From positions 1-35,311 of the IMG/VR virus record IMGVR_UViG_3300017934_000004: DNA of 35,311 nucleotides. One strand, 5' to 3'. The position numbers were made by a program, and so were the translations under genes. A model generated the notes under the pieces. It saw nothing but the letters and a program-made list of their open reading frames with translations. It searched no databases and was not told the DNA's origin. Positions 1 through 8,416 of the stretch are shown in pieces (position 1 is the first letter of the stretch; each line of letters opens with the position of its first letter). This stretch comes from a virus.

Positions 1-67
1 AACACGGCGCAGCGTGCCGTCGTTTTCGGCCGGGCGGCGGCACGTGGGGTGGCAGCCGCTACTAGTA
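1..67. repeat. Terminal direct repeat, copy 1 (contig closes on itself)
   Basis: nt 1..67 are base-for-base identical to 35245..35311. This implies a 35244-bp circular or terminally redundant genome. Confidence 0.9.
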
Positions 68-745
68 CCGCGCGGTGTTGGGGCTCTCGCTCCGCAATCA
101 CAGCAAATCGCGCAAATTGCTGCGACTGGTGCCTCGACTGCGGCCGGTATGCTGGTGGCGCTCGGTACAATCGGCGGGCCGGTCGGCGCGGCGATCGGTG
201 GCCTAATCTCGATCGGGCTGCTGGTGGCGAATCAATTCGGCGGCTGCGGTCAAACTTGTGTGGAGGCGACCAAAATCGCCGATCAAGTCGGCGCGCTGCT
301 CGATCAGATGTTGCAAACCTACCTCGCGGCGCCAGTGCATTATTATTCGATGCAGCAAGCGTATCTAACGCAATGGGATGCCGCATGGGCCGCGCTCGAA
401 AAGGCCTGCTCAAATCCGCAGCTCGGCGATGCCGGCGCGCGCTGTATTACCGATCGCCAGCGCGGGTCTTGCAAATGGCACACGTCGCCCGGCGGTTGGC
501 AACAGGCTAACGGCGTGTGGCAGTATATCGCGCCTGGTCCGGATGGTTCGGGCTCTACTTGCTGGAATTGGTTCGTCGGTTCTCGCGATCCGGTTGCGAA
601 CGATCCAACCGTTGTACCGGATCCGGCGAGCTCGGCCAGCTCGCCATTATCAGCCATCAGCTCCGCGGTTTCCGGTGTTAGCCCGGTTATTTTGATCGGC
701 GGCGCTCTGCTAGTCGGCGCTTGGCTTTTCATCGGAGATAACTAG
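14..745 (+). CDS. Membrane protein with RGVG leader motif, Cys-rich central domain and C-terminal anchor
   Basis: 243-aa ORF. RGVGA at 71..85. Hydrophobic helix LVALGTIGGPVGAAIGGLISIGLLV. Six Cys in the central part. C-terminal helix VILIGGALLVGAWLFIGDN just before the stop. Confidence 0.6.
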   Translation: MPSFSAGRRHVGWQPLLVPRGVGALAPQSQQIAQIAATGASTAAGMLVALGTIGGPVGAAIGGLISIGLLVANQFGGCGQTCVEATKIADQVGALLDQMLQTYLAAPVHYYSMQQAYLTQWDAAWAALEKACSNPQLGDAGARCITDRQRGSCKWHTSPGGWQQANGVWQYIAPGPDGSGSTCWNWFVGSRDPVANDPTVVPDPASSASSPLSAISSAVSGVSPVILIGGALLVGAWLFIGDN

Positions 746-746
746 C

Positions 747-1532
747 ATGGCCTACGTGAATATCACCAGGCCGAGCGGAGGATTGAATGGGCGAGGCCTG
801 GGCGCCATACCGCGGCCCGTTCAACGCCTGCGTGTTAAAAACATGCTGCCGCGCGGCCGCGGTATGGGTTATGCGATCAGCGCAGCGGCGCCTTACTTCA
901 CGCCGGATCCGCCAACTTTCGTCACGGTCACGCCGACGACCGGCGCGCTGCCTTTTCAAGTTGTCTCGACTGAAAGCTATCTGCAGCAAAATTTAGTCGG
1001 CCAAATGCAGAACAGCGCGCAGTACAACGGATGGACACTCGCGCAATGGATCGCGGCAATCACGGCCGACGCGCAGCAGCGATGCAGTTTTTATCCTGGG
1101 AGCTGCGGCAGCTCAACACCCGAGCAGCTCGGCCAAAAATACGGCACGCTCGCCTACCAGATAATGCAGCTCAAGGCTTCGCAGCAGCCGGCCAGCTCGC
1201 CGGCGCCGGTGCCTGTCACACCGTCAGGAAGTTTCGGACCTAACCCGACGCCTGGCGCGATCCCGCCGCAGGTTTCGAGCGGACCGGCAATCGGCGTATC
1301 CGTACCGACCTCGCCGGCTAGTCCGGCCGGCTCACCCGGCCAGGCGTCGATTCCGCTTGTGCCGTTTACGACGCCGGCGCAAACATCGGCGCCTACCGGT
1401 GTTGATTTCAGCTTTCTCACAAACCCGATTTCGCTTTTCGGTTACGGCGTGCCGCTTTGGATGCTACTTGCGGCTGGCGGCGCGGGTATCTATGCGCTCG
1501 CGAGCTCGGGCGGCGGAGGCCGGCACCGATGA
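747..1532 (+). CDS. Tail-anchored Pro/Ser/Thr-rich membrane protein (MAYV / RGMG leader family)
   Basis: ATG 1 nt after the upstream stop. N-terminus MAYV. RGLGA at 792..806 and RGMGY at 858..872. Long P/S/T/A linker. C-terminal helix plus GGGGRHR. Stop overlaps the next start (ATGA). Confidence 0.65.
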   Translation: MAYVNITRPSGGLNGRGLGAIPRPVQRLRVKNMLPRGRGMGYAISAAAPYFTPDPPTFVTVTPTTGALPFQVVSTESYLQQNLVGQMQNSAQYNGWTLAQWIAAITADAQQRCSFYPGSCGSSTPEQLGQKYGTLAYQIMQLKASQQPASSPAPVPVTPSGSFGPNPTPGAIPPQVSSGPAIGVSVPTSPASPAGSPGQASIPLVPFTTPAQTSAPTGVDFSFLTNPISLFGYGVPLWMLLAAGGAGIYALASSGGGGRHR

Positions 1533-2164
1533 ACAGCGCAATTAAAATCGGCTTGCTTGCCGGGGGCGCATGGCTGCTCTATGAATGGTGGCAGCAGCAG
1601 CAGCTTACCGCAGTACCCGGCTCGATTCCTAACGCGGCGTTGCCGGCGCCGACGCCTGGCCCGCTCGGTACGACGGTGAGCAGCTCGCCGGCACCGGCCG
1701 CGCAGGCGACGAACACAGCCGCAAATTCCGCGAGTCTGGCCGCGATCCGTTCGCAGTTGCAGGCACTCGCGATGGCGTACCTGGCGGCAAATCCATCGGC
1801 GACCGGGCTCGATGTTGACCAGTGGAACTATTATTACGCGCAAATCCGGGGCATATCCTTTCCCGGTGCTGCCGGCACTTTAATCCTCAACTCGCTCGGG
1901 ATTCCACTGACCGCGCCTGGCCGTTCGCAACCGGTTTCAATCGACCAGTGGATAAGCGCGGCTGCGGCCGCCGGGCTTAGTGGTTATCGGCGCGGCCTTG
2001 ATGCTGCAGCACCATTCCTGCAGCTCCGCAATCGCGCGAAAGTGATCCGGCTACCACTGACGACACCGGCAATCGCGGCCATTCGCCGCGGCGTGGCGGC
2101 GCGATCGCGAGCCGGGCAAAACTATCTGCCGAGCAATACGCCGATGGTAGGGGGTGCCGCGTAA
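1529..2164 (+). CDS. Membrane protein with N-terminal anchor
   Basis: ATGA overlap with the upstream stop. N-terminal helix IKIGLLAGGAWLLYEWW. Ala/Pro-rich remainder. The track ORF 1457..2164 is trimmed to the in-frame ATG. Confidence 0.6.
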   Translation: MNSAIKIGLLAGGAWLLYEWWQQQQLTAVPGSIPNAALPAPTPGPLGTTVSSSPAPAAQATNTAANSASLAAIRSQLQALAMAYLAANPSATGLDVDQWNYYYAQIRGISFPGAAGTLILNSLGIPLTAPGRSQPVSIDQWISAAAAAGLSGYRRGLDAAAPFLQLRNRAKVIRLPLTTPAIAAIRRGVAARSRAGQNYLPSNTPMVGGAA

Positions 2165-2472
2165 TGGCATTCGTGCGCCGGCGAGGGCGGGGCATGGGCG
2201 ACACAGCAGCTTGTCCCTCGCTCGCTCAACTCATGGGCGTAGTCGATGCAACGGACCCGTGCCAGCAACAATCGCAGATCCCAACTGAAACGACGTATCC
2301 GGTTCTCACGACCGCGCCGGCAAGCGGCGGGGTAACGCCAACGGGCGCGCCGGCGAGTGCCTCTGCTGGCCTGATGAGCTGGTTACAGACCAATCCGGCC
2401 GCAATGCTCGGCCTCGGCGCGGCGCTCTTAGTTGTCGTCGGCGGTGCGCTTCTGGGAGGGCGCCGGCGATGA
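2164..2472 (+). CDS. Small tail-anchored membrane protein (MAFV..RGMGD leader family)
   Basis: TAATG overlap. N-terminus MAFVRRRGRGMGD (motif at 2188..2202). C-terminal helix AAMLGLGAALLVVVGGALLGG followed by RRR. Confidence 0.65.
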   Translation: MAFVRRRGRGMGDTAACPSLAQLMGVVDATDPCQQQSQIPTETTYPVLTTAPASGGVTPTGAPASASAGLMSWLQTNPAAMLGLGAALLVVVGGALLGGRRR

Positions 2473-2714
2473 GTGATTTTAAACGGGCGCCACTTTCCAA
2501 TCTCGCCGCACGCCTGGCGCGAGCAAGTGTCGCGCAGTTTGCCGAGCACGTACGGGCTAATCCTGGCGTGATGGCCGCTTACGATGAACACGCCGCGCCG
2601 ATCGTCGAGGAAGCAATAAACCGAGTGCTACCGGGCGAGCCGTTGAGTTTGGTCGAAATCGCCGATCGCATCGGGATCCTGCCAAAACGAAGGGGGCGCC
2701 GTGCCCTACGTTAG
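2469..2714 (+). CDS. Small soluble hypothetical protein
   Basis: ATGA overlap with the upstream stop. 81 aa, helical-looking, basic C-terminal tail. No motif recognised. Confidence 0.45.
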   Translation: MSDFKRAPLSNLAARLARASVAQFAEHVRANPGVMAAYDEHAAPIVEEAINRVLPGEPLSLVEIADRIGILPKRRGRRALR

Positions 2715-3186
2715 CGCAGCAGTGCCGATGGGCCGGCCAATGATCGCGCCGGCGCGACCTGGCCCGCGCTTGGTGCGCAACCGCGGGCGCCGCGGCGTCG
2801 GCGACTACTTCAGCGAGAATTGTCTCGGGCCGGCATCGCTCGCGACCGTCTTAAACCCGTTCTGTTACCTGTACCCTGGCCGCAACCTTTCAGCGTCGGC
2901 GAGCAATATCATTTCGCCATATAATCCGCCGCCGCTGCCGACACCGATCGCGCAGCCGACGGCATACACGCCAACCGGGGCGGTTGATGTTGCCGGCAAT
3001 CCGGTTTACGACATCAGCTTTCAAACGCCGCAAGAAAACCAGGCGGCGAACGCTGCGCAGGCGCAGCAGTTTTTCACTAACCTCGCCGATCAAAACGCGG
3101 CCGGCAATCCGAGCAGCACGGCGATTTGGCTCATTGCCGGCGCCGTGTTGCTCGGCGGGCTCTGGCTTTTAGGGGGGCGGCAATAA
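2701..3186 (+). CDS. Tail-anchored membrane protein (MPYV..RGVGD leader family)
   Basis: GTG start about 6 nt after an aaggggg SD. N-terminus MPYV. RGVGD at 2791..2805. C-terminal helix AIWLIAGAVLLGGLWLLGGRQ. Confidence 0.6.
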   Translation: MPYVSAAVPMGRPMIAPARPGPRLVRNRGRRGVGDYFSENCLGPASLATVLNPFCYLYPGRNLSASASNIISPYNPPPLPTPIAQPTAYTPTGAVDVAGNPVYDISFQTPQENQAANAAQAQQFFTNLADQNAAGNPSSTAIWLIAGAVLLGGLWLLGGRQ

Positions 3187-3551
3187 TGGCGTACACGATG
3201 CGGCGCGGCATGGGCGATTACGATCAGGTGAAAAACTGGAGCTGGTTATATTATCCGCCTCCGTACGGTTTTGTAAATCCCGATCGGCCGCGGCCAAAGT
3301 CACCTGCGCAGTTCTACGCACCGGCGGCAACGATGGGGCTCGGGTGCGGCTGCGGCGGTACCTGTGGCGGTTGTAGCGCGCCTGGCGCGCCAGGCCTGGG
3401 AATGTTCGAGTCCGGGCTCGATATTTCGGGCTGGGGCCTTGGCGAGTGGCTTACGGTCGGCGCCGGCATCGCGATCGCCGCGGCCGCCTTCGGTAAGGGC
3501 AAGCGGACGGTGCGATCGCGTAAAGCGATGCGGCGCATTAGAGGTTTTTGA
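3186..3551 (+). CDS. Tail-anchored membrane protein (MAYT..RGMGD leader family), Gly/Cys-rich
   Basis: TAATG overlap. N-terminus MAYTMRRGMGD (3204..3218). GCGCGGTCGGC stretch. Helix WLTVGAGIAIAAAAF followed by a basic tail. Confidence 0.6.
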   Translation: MAYTMRRGMGDYDQVKNWSWLYYPPPYGFVNPDRPRPKSPAQFYAPAATMGLGCGCGGTCGGCSAPGAPGLGMFESGLDISGWGLGEWLTVGAGIAIAAAAFGKGKRTVRSRKAMRRIRGF

Positions 3552-3559
3552 GAAATACA

Positions 3560-4894
3560 ATGACGAGGCGGGCAACATCACAGAGGAAGGCGCGGGGCGG
3601 TACCGGATCCAACCGGCCGCACCTGCGCCGGAATCTGTGGCCGTTCTCGGCTTTTAAAACGAGTACGACTTATCACGTCAAGCGCAAGCGCGGTCCGACG
3701 ACTGCGGGCGCGGGCAGTTTCAAGGGGCACAGGATCGAGCGGCTGCCCGATGGCGGTTTTACTGTGCCGTCGCTCGATCGTGAAAGCGTTTTTGACGATA
3801 AGCGCCAGGCGAAGCGATTCATCACAGCGCAGACTAAGTACAACAATGCGGCTCGCAAGAATAGCCAGCCAGTGATGACATATCAACTCGCGCACGCCGC
3901 GGCGACCGATGCCGCCAATAAGGCGATGCGAAAAGCCGGCCGTACGTCCTGGAATAAGGCCGATTACAATGTAGCGGTCCGCACATTCAAAAAACTTTTC
4001 AAGGCCAATCCTGGTAAGCATGCTTTCGCCCGGTGTGTTGCGAAAGTTTCCCAACGGCCCGAGGTAGTGAGCCCTGCCGGCGTGTGCGCGGCAGCCGGCC
4101 GGAAAAAGTACGGTGCTAAAAAATTCGCAGCGATGGCTCGCGCCGGCAAGCGAGCGGCGGCCCGCAACCCTGGCCTGCGCATCGTCGCACTGAATGAATC
4201 CCGCTACAATCGCGACATCCGGCACCTGCTCCGCGATCCTAGCCAAACTTACGCGGAATACAGCCGGAATTATCCCGGCCGCATGTGGATGCTGTATCGC
4301 GGGTCGGAGTTCATCAGAACATCGGCATCAAAAGCTGAGCTCAAGGGCTACGGGCGGGAAAACTCCGGAAAGCAGAAAAACTGCGGCGCATTGCGTCAAC
4401 CTAAGCACAGCAATCCGGTCGAGGCCGCGAAAGAAGTTTACGAAAAATTCCATGGCCGGCCGGCTGCGAAAATCCTTAAGATCACCGAGCGGGTGCATGT
4501 ACACACGGCTTTATCGGGCATCGGTGATTTGAAGCGGCTCACTGTGCGTCACATAGGCGGCCGCAAAAAAACCGACCTCGATTTCGGGCCTGGGGCCGTG
4601 CTGGCACAAAATGAAAAACGGAATCAGCTTTTTATTCGGGGCGGCGACCAAAGCGTACCGCTCGCGGTTTTTGGAATTAAGCCGCCATACCATGAAAGCG
4701 AAATCCTCGGTGAGGTTCTCTCGGTTGACTACTTCACGCGCAAGGATCATCTGGCGCCCAAGGATGGAGGCACGGCGACATATCGCCATAAATTCGGCCG
4801 CAAAAAACCAACGCTGATCTATAGCGTGCCCGATAAGAAACTCAGCTTTGCCGGCGGCGGTTACACCATTCCGGATGAGGGGATCGACCTCTAG
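3560..4894 (+). CDS. Very basic 444-aa protein (possible nucleic-acid-binding or internal virion protein)
   Basis: Long ORF (track start TTG 3548, first ATG 3560). K/R-rich N-terminal two thirds. C-terminal globular part of about 160 aa. No catalytic motif recognised. Confidence 0.55.
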   Translation: MTRRATSQRKARGGTGSNRPHLRRNLWPFSAFKTSTTYHVKRKRGPTTAGAGSFKGHRIERLPDGGFTVPSLDRESVFDDKRQAKRFITAQTKYNNAARKNSQPVMTYQLAHAAATDAANKAMRKAGRTSWNKADYNVAVRTFKKLFKANPGKHAFARCVAKVSQRPEVVSPAGVCAAAGRKKYGAKKFAAMARAGKRAAARNPGLRIVALNESRYNRDIRHLLRDPSQTYAEYSRNYPGRMWMLYRGSEFIRTSASKAELKGYGRENSGKQKNCGALRQPKHSNPVEAAKEVYEKFHGRPAAKILKITERVHVHTALSGIGDLKRLTVRHIGGRKKTDLDFGPGAVLAQNEKRNQLFIRGGDQSVPLAVFGIKPPYHESEILGEVLSVDYFTRKDHLAPKDGGTATYRHKFGRKKPTLIYSVPDKKLSFAGGGYTIPDEGIDL

Positions 4895-4896
4895 CC

Positions 4897-6156
4897 ATGC
4901 GATTCGTTTTTATTTCCGAGCGCACTTTCGAGCCGTGGGATTGGACGAATCCCGAGCTCGCCGGCATCGGCGGTTCGGAAACGTCACACATTGAAATGGC
5001 CCAACGCCTCGCGCGCCGCGGTCATGATGTCATGTCATACGCGCCGCTCGCGCTCGACGAACGCATGGGCATGGCTCGCGTTGCCGGCTACCAAATCCCC
5101 GCGGATAGCTTCACGGACCCTGCAGGCGTGGAGTGGTATCCGATCGAGCGGTTTCTCGAAGTCGTCGGCCGCGCCCATGTTCCCGGCTTAGTGTATGTAA
5201 TCTATCGCGCGCCGCACCTAGTCGATCTACTGCCGGCCGGCTCGATCGCCTGGCTAATCTGCCAGGATACCGATTACACGCGGGCCGACAACCTGCTCGA
5301 CCTCGATCGCGCGAGCCGGTTTACGCGCATCGTCACACTCTGCCAGGCGCAAGCGAAGGCCATGCGGCGCCGGCTCGATTCCCTGCCTGGCTCGAAAGGG
5401 CGCCGCGATAACATCGTAGTTTCCTCGAACGGCATCAAGCGCGAAACCATCGACGCGCTCGAAAATCTTTCAAGGGAAACGCCGTATGCACCTGAGCGGA
5501 ATGAATGCCGGCTCATTTATGCGAGCTCGCCGGATCGCGGCCTAGAAAATCTCTTGCCCATTTTTGAACGCGTGCGCGAAATCGTGCCCAAGGCCGAACT
5601 GCATGTTTGTTATGGCTTCAACAACATAGAGAAAGTCATCCAGCGCATCGACGATCGCGGCTTTAAAAACAATCCGGTCGCGCAAAACCGCGCGCACCTT
5701 CTCGCTGAAATGGAGCGGCTCGGCGTGCATCACTATGGCCGCCTGGGCCAAACCGAATTGCTCGCGCACTGGCTACGATCCGCCGTTTGGTGCCATCCCT
5801 CGAACTTCACTGAAACAAGCTGTATCACTTGCATGGACGCGCAGGCCTGCGGCGCCGTGCCGGTTACTAATCCAGTGTGGGCTATCGGCGAAAACGTCGA
5901 ACACGGCGTTTTTATTGAAGGCGACGTACGCACCGAAGCAATCCGCGCCCGCTATGTTTATGCGGTCGCCGAGCTGCTGTTAAACCCGCAAATGCAGCAG
6001 GAACACCGGGCCGAAATGATGCCCTGGGCTCGCGATCGTTTCAACTGGGAAAGATTCGTCGATCAGTGGGCTATGTGGGCCGCGGGTGACACAGAAAATT
6101 TAGCCTGGCCGGTGACCGAGCAGGAAATGGCCGATTATCCGGGGGTGACACTTTGA
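4897..6156 (+). CDS. Glycosyltransferase, GT-B fold (GT4/GT1-like)
   Basis: N-terminal GIGGSETS..LARRGHDV and C-terminal PSNFTETSCITCMDAQACGAVPV (E-x7-E-like) match the classical group-1 glycosyltransferase pattern. Confidence 0.8.
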   Translation: MRFVFISERTFEPWDWTNPELAGIGGSETSHIEMAQRLARRGHDVMSYAPLALDERMGMARVAGYQIPADSFTDPAGVEWYPIERFLEVVGRAHVPGLVYVIYRAPHLVDLLPAGSIAWLICQDTDYTRADNLLDLDRASRFTRIVTLCQAQAKAMRRRLDSLPGSKGRRDNIVVSSNGIKRETIDALENLSRETPYAPERNECRLIYASSPDRGLENLLPIFERVREIVPKAELHVCYGFNNIEKVIQRIDDRGFKNNPVAQNRAHLLAEMERLGVHHYGRLGQTELLAHWLRSAVWCHPSNFTETSCITCMDAQACGAVPVTNPVWAIGENVEHGVFIEGDVRTEAIRARYVYAVAELLLNPQMQQEHRAEMMPWARDRFNWERFVDQWAMWAAGDTENLAWPVTEQEMADYPGVTL

Positions 6157-6722
6157 CGCCGGTTAAGATGGCTTCGCAAGTCTATCGCGATCAGTTCGGC
6201 TTTCAGCGCGAGCACTCCAAGGGGCGAGTGTTAAACGTGGGCTCGAATACCGACGGCGCCAAACTCGCAGCCGATTTCGGCGCTATCAACGTCGATATGC
6301 GCATCGTCGATCACGTTTCTGGTTTTGTTTTGCCGGTGGCGGTCTTGGCCGATGCGCGCGCCCTACCGTTTGCTGGTGCCTTCGATACGGTGGTACTAGG
6401 TGAAATTCTCGAACACATGGAGCCTGCCGATGCCGTTCGCTCGTTACGCGAGGCAGTCGCGGCGATCCACGACAGCGGCCAGGTGGTTATCACCATGCCG
6501 CACGACGGTCGGCGCGAAACAGGAGAGATCGAAACGCCGCAGGGCGAAAAACAGTTTTATGCGCCAGGCATCTACGCGTATCACTACCGATCCATCAGCC
6601 GGCTAGAGCTGCTCGCGTGGATCCGCGAGGCAGGCTTGCGCGCCGAAGTGATCGCGCGAATTATTTACGTATGGGGTGAGCAGGGATCCGGAATCGTAGC
6701 GCGAAAGTGGTGCGAGGCATGA
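6153..6722 (+). CDS. Class I SAM-dependent methyltransferase
   Basis: Motif I VLNVGSNTDG, acidic loop, then ALPFAGAFDTVVLGEILEHM. TTGA overlap with the GT4 stop after a ggggg SD (alternative ATG at 6168). Confidence 0.75.
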   Translation: MTPVKMASQVYRDQFGFQREHSKGRVLNVGSNTDGAKLAADFGAINVDMRIVDHVSGFVLPVAVLADARALPFAGAFDTVVLGEILEHMEPADAVRSLREAVAAIHDSGQVVITMPHDGRRETGEIETPQGEKQFYAPGIYAYHYRSISRLELLAWIREAGLRAEVIARIIYVWGEQGSGIVARKWCEA

Positions 6723-7465
6723 TCCGGCACAAACTCATCGGCACAGTTGCATACATGGGCGGCACGATGGCCGTGCCGGAAGCCTTCGCCTGGTCCTGGG
6801 GGCAGCTCATGCGGCACACTGAGGCCGTAATTTGCGGGCCTCATGAGCATATCCACCCTACGCGCTCGACGGTGAGCCTGCACGATTGGGGCCGCAACCA
6901 AATCGTCAGCGACCTGCGCGGCGAGTGGCTTTTTATGCTCGACAACGATTTAGCTTTTGAGCCCGACCTATGCGCTCGCATGTTGGCGATCGCGAACCGC
7001 TATGAGCTCGACGTGGTGACCGGAATTTATTCGTACAAGTCGCCGCCTCACTATCCGGTGTTGTATCTCTACAACCATGAAAGCGGGCAAAACGAAATCG
7101 TCGCCGAATGGGAGCGGAGCTGCGAAGTCTTTCGCGTGGATTCTGCCGGTGCCGGCTGCCTGTTCGTTCGCCGCAGTGTGTTCGAGCGGATCGCACGCGA
7201 GCTCAAGGTTAACCCGTTCGATCGGATCGGGCGCAAGGGTGAAGATCATTCGTTTTTCGAGCGGCTGCGCGAGCTCGGAATCCCGGCCTGGTGCGCATGG
7301 AATATCGAAGTACAGCACCTAGCCGTTTTGGGACTTCAAACCTCGGTGCATTTCAAGCCGACGCGCGAGCCCGATCATTACTACGACGGGCAAGGTTTTG
7401 AAAGAGAAGGGGCTGGCGTAAAGGCGCCGCCACAATTGGGAGAAAAGGAGCAACTAGCACTATGA
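6719..7465 (+). CDS. Glycosyltransferase, GT-A fold (GT2-like)
   Basis: DxD-type motif FMLDNDLAFEPD. GAGCLFVRRSVFERI. GEDHSFFERL. ATGA overlap with the methyltransferase stop. Confidence 0.75.
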   Translation: MIRHKLIGTVAYMGGTMAVPEAFAWSWGQLMRHTEAVICGPHEHIHPTRSTVSLHDWGRNQIVSDLRGEWLFMLDNDLAFEPDLCARMLAIANRYELDVVTGIYSYKSPPHYPVLYLYNHESGQNEIVAEWERSCEVFRVDSAGAGCLFVRRSVFERIARELKVNPFDRIGRKGEDHSFFERLRELGIPAWCAWNIEVQHLAVLGLQTSVHFKPTREPDHYYDGQGFEREGAGVKAPPQLGEKEQLAL

Positions 7466-7797
7466 GCGTTACATTAACATACCGGGCGCCTTACAGCTCG
7501 GCGCCGACACTGGTACAGCAGCACTACAAGCCCAAAAACCTTGTGATCGCGACCGTGCTCGCCGGCGCAGCATCCGACGCGCAGGTTATCATCACGCACG
7601 ATTTCGGTCTGACCTCGCAGGATTTGGCGATGGGTTATCCGCTCGTGACGATCACGCCGGAAGATGGGAACTCGATCACTTCGCCATGGTTTGAGGCCTC
7701 GCAGGCCCATGACTACACCGTGCTCGGCAAGAGTACCGTTGACGTTGGCGGTCAAGTCAAGGTCGGCATTTCGCGGCCGCCGACTTCGATCCGTTAA
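7462..7797 (+). CDS. Small beta-rich structural-module protein
   Basis: aaggag SD. ATGA overlap. 111 aa with alternating hydrophobic pattern. Function unknown. Confidence 0.55.
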   Translation: MSVTLTYRAPYSSAPTLVQQHYKPKNLVIATVLAGAASDAQVIITHDFGLTSQDLAMGYPLVTITPEDGNSITSPWFEASQAHDYTVLGKSTVDVGGQVKVGISRPPTSIR

Positions 7798-7807
7798 GCT
7801 CGGCGCC

Positions 7808-8416
7808 ATGAAATCCACCGTGATAGCGGAAATGCTCGGGATCCTCGGCCGTGCCGAGGCTTCCCGAGCACGGAATGAGCTGCCGGCATTCGCGCAACTG
7901 CGGAGCACGCTCGCGGCCGCCTTTGCATTGGGTTTATACACAGACGCGGATCTTGATGTTTCTGTTTTCATTGACGCGCTAGAGCGAGCGCAGTCGGCGG
8001 CCGAGGTTATGATGCCGGCCGCCGCCATCCGCCAGAAGCTAGAGCCGCTCACGGAAGACGAGGCAACGGGTGCGACCGGTATCGAGCTGCAGACCTATCC
8101 GCCGGCGGTCGAAATCCTCCCGATGGCTCTGGCTGAAGCGCAACAGAGTGAGGCGCCGCCGGCGCCGGCCGCTTTGCCTGCGCACGTTATTAGCGTTCTC
8201 ATCGGTATTCTTGACGCGATCGATGAGGCGCAAACATTGGACGACGTAGCGAGGGGCGTCGCCGTGGCACGTCAGTTTTTACACGATGCCGCGGGCACCA
8301 GTGGAATCCGTAAACCCGAGGCGCCGGCGGCCGATCAAACCGCGCCGGCGGAAACCGACCAGGCCGAAGGCGCATCGGCGCCCGAAGTCGAGGCCGAAAA
8401 CGCAGGGGGTAATTAG
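7808..8416 (+). CDS. Acidic Ala/Glu/Asp-rich helical protein (scaffold-like by position and composition)
   Basis: In-frame ATG at 7808 of track ORF 7664..8416. 202 aa, strongly acidic. Lies directly upstream of the basic membrane protein and the capsid-like gene. Confidence 0.5.
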   Translation: MKSTVIAEMLGILGRAEASRARNELPAFAQLRSTLAAAFALGLYTDADLDVSVFIDALERAQSAAEVMMPAAAIRQKLEPLTEDEATGATGIELQTYPPAVEILPMALAEAQQSEAPPAPAALPAHVISVLIGILDAIDEAQTLDDVARGVAVARQFLHDAAGTSGIRKPEAPAADQTAPAETDQAEGASAPEVEAENAGGN

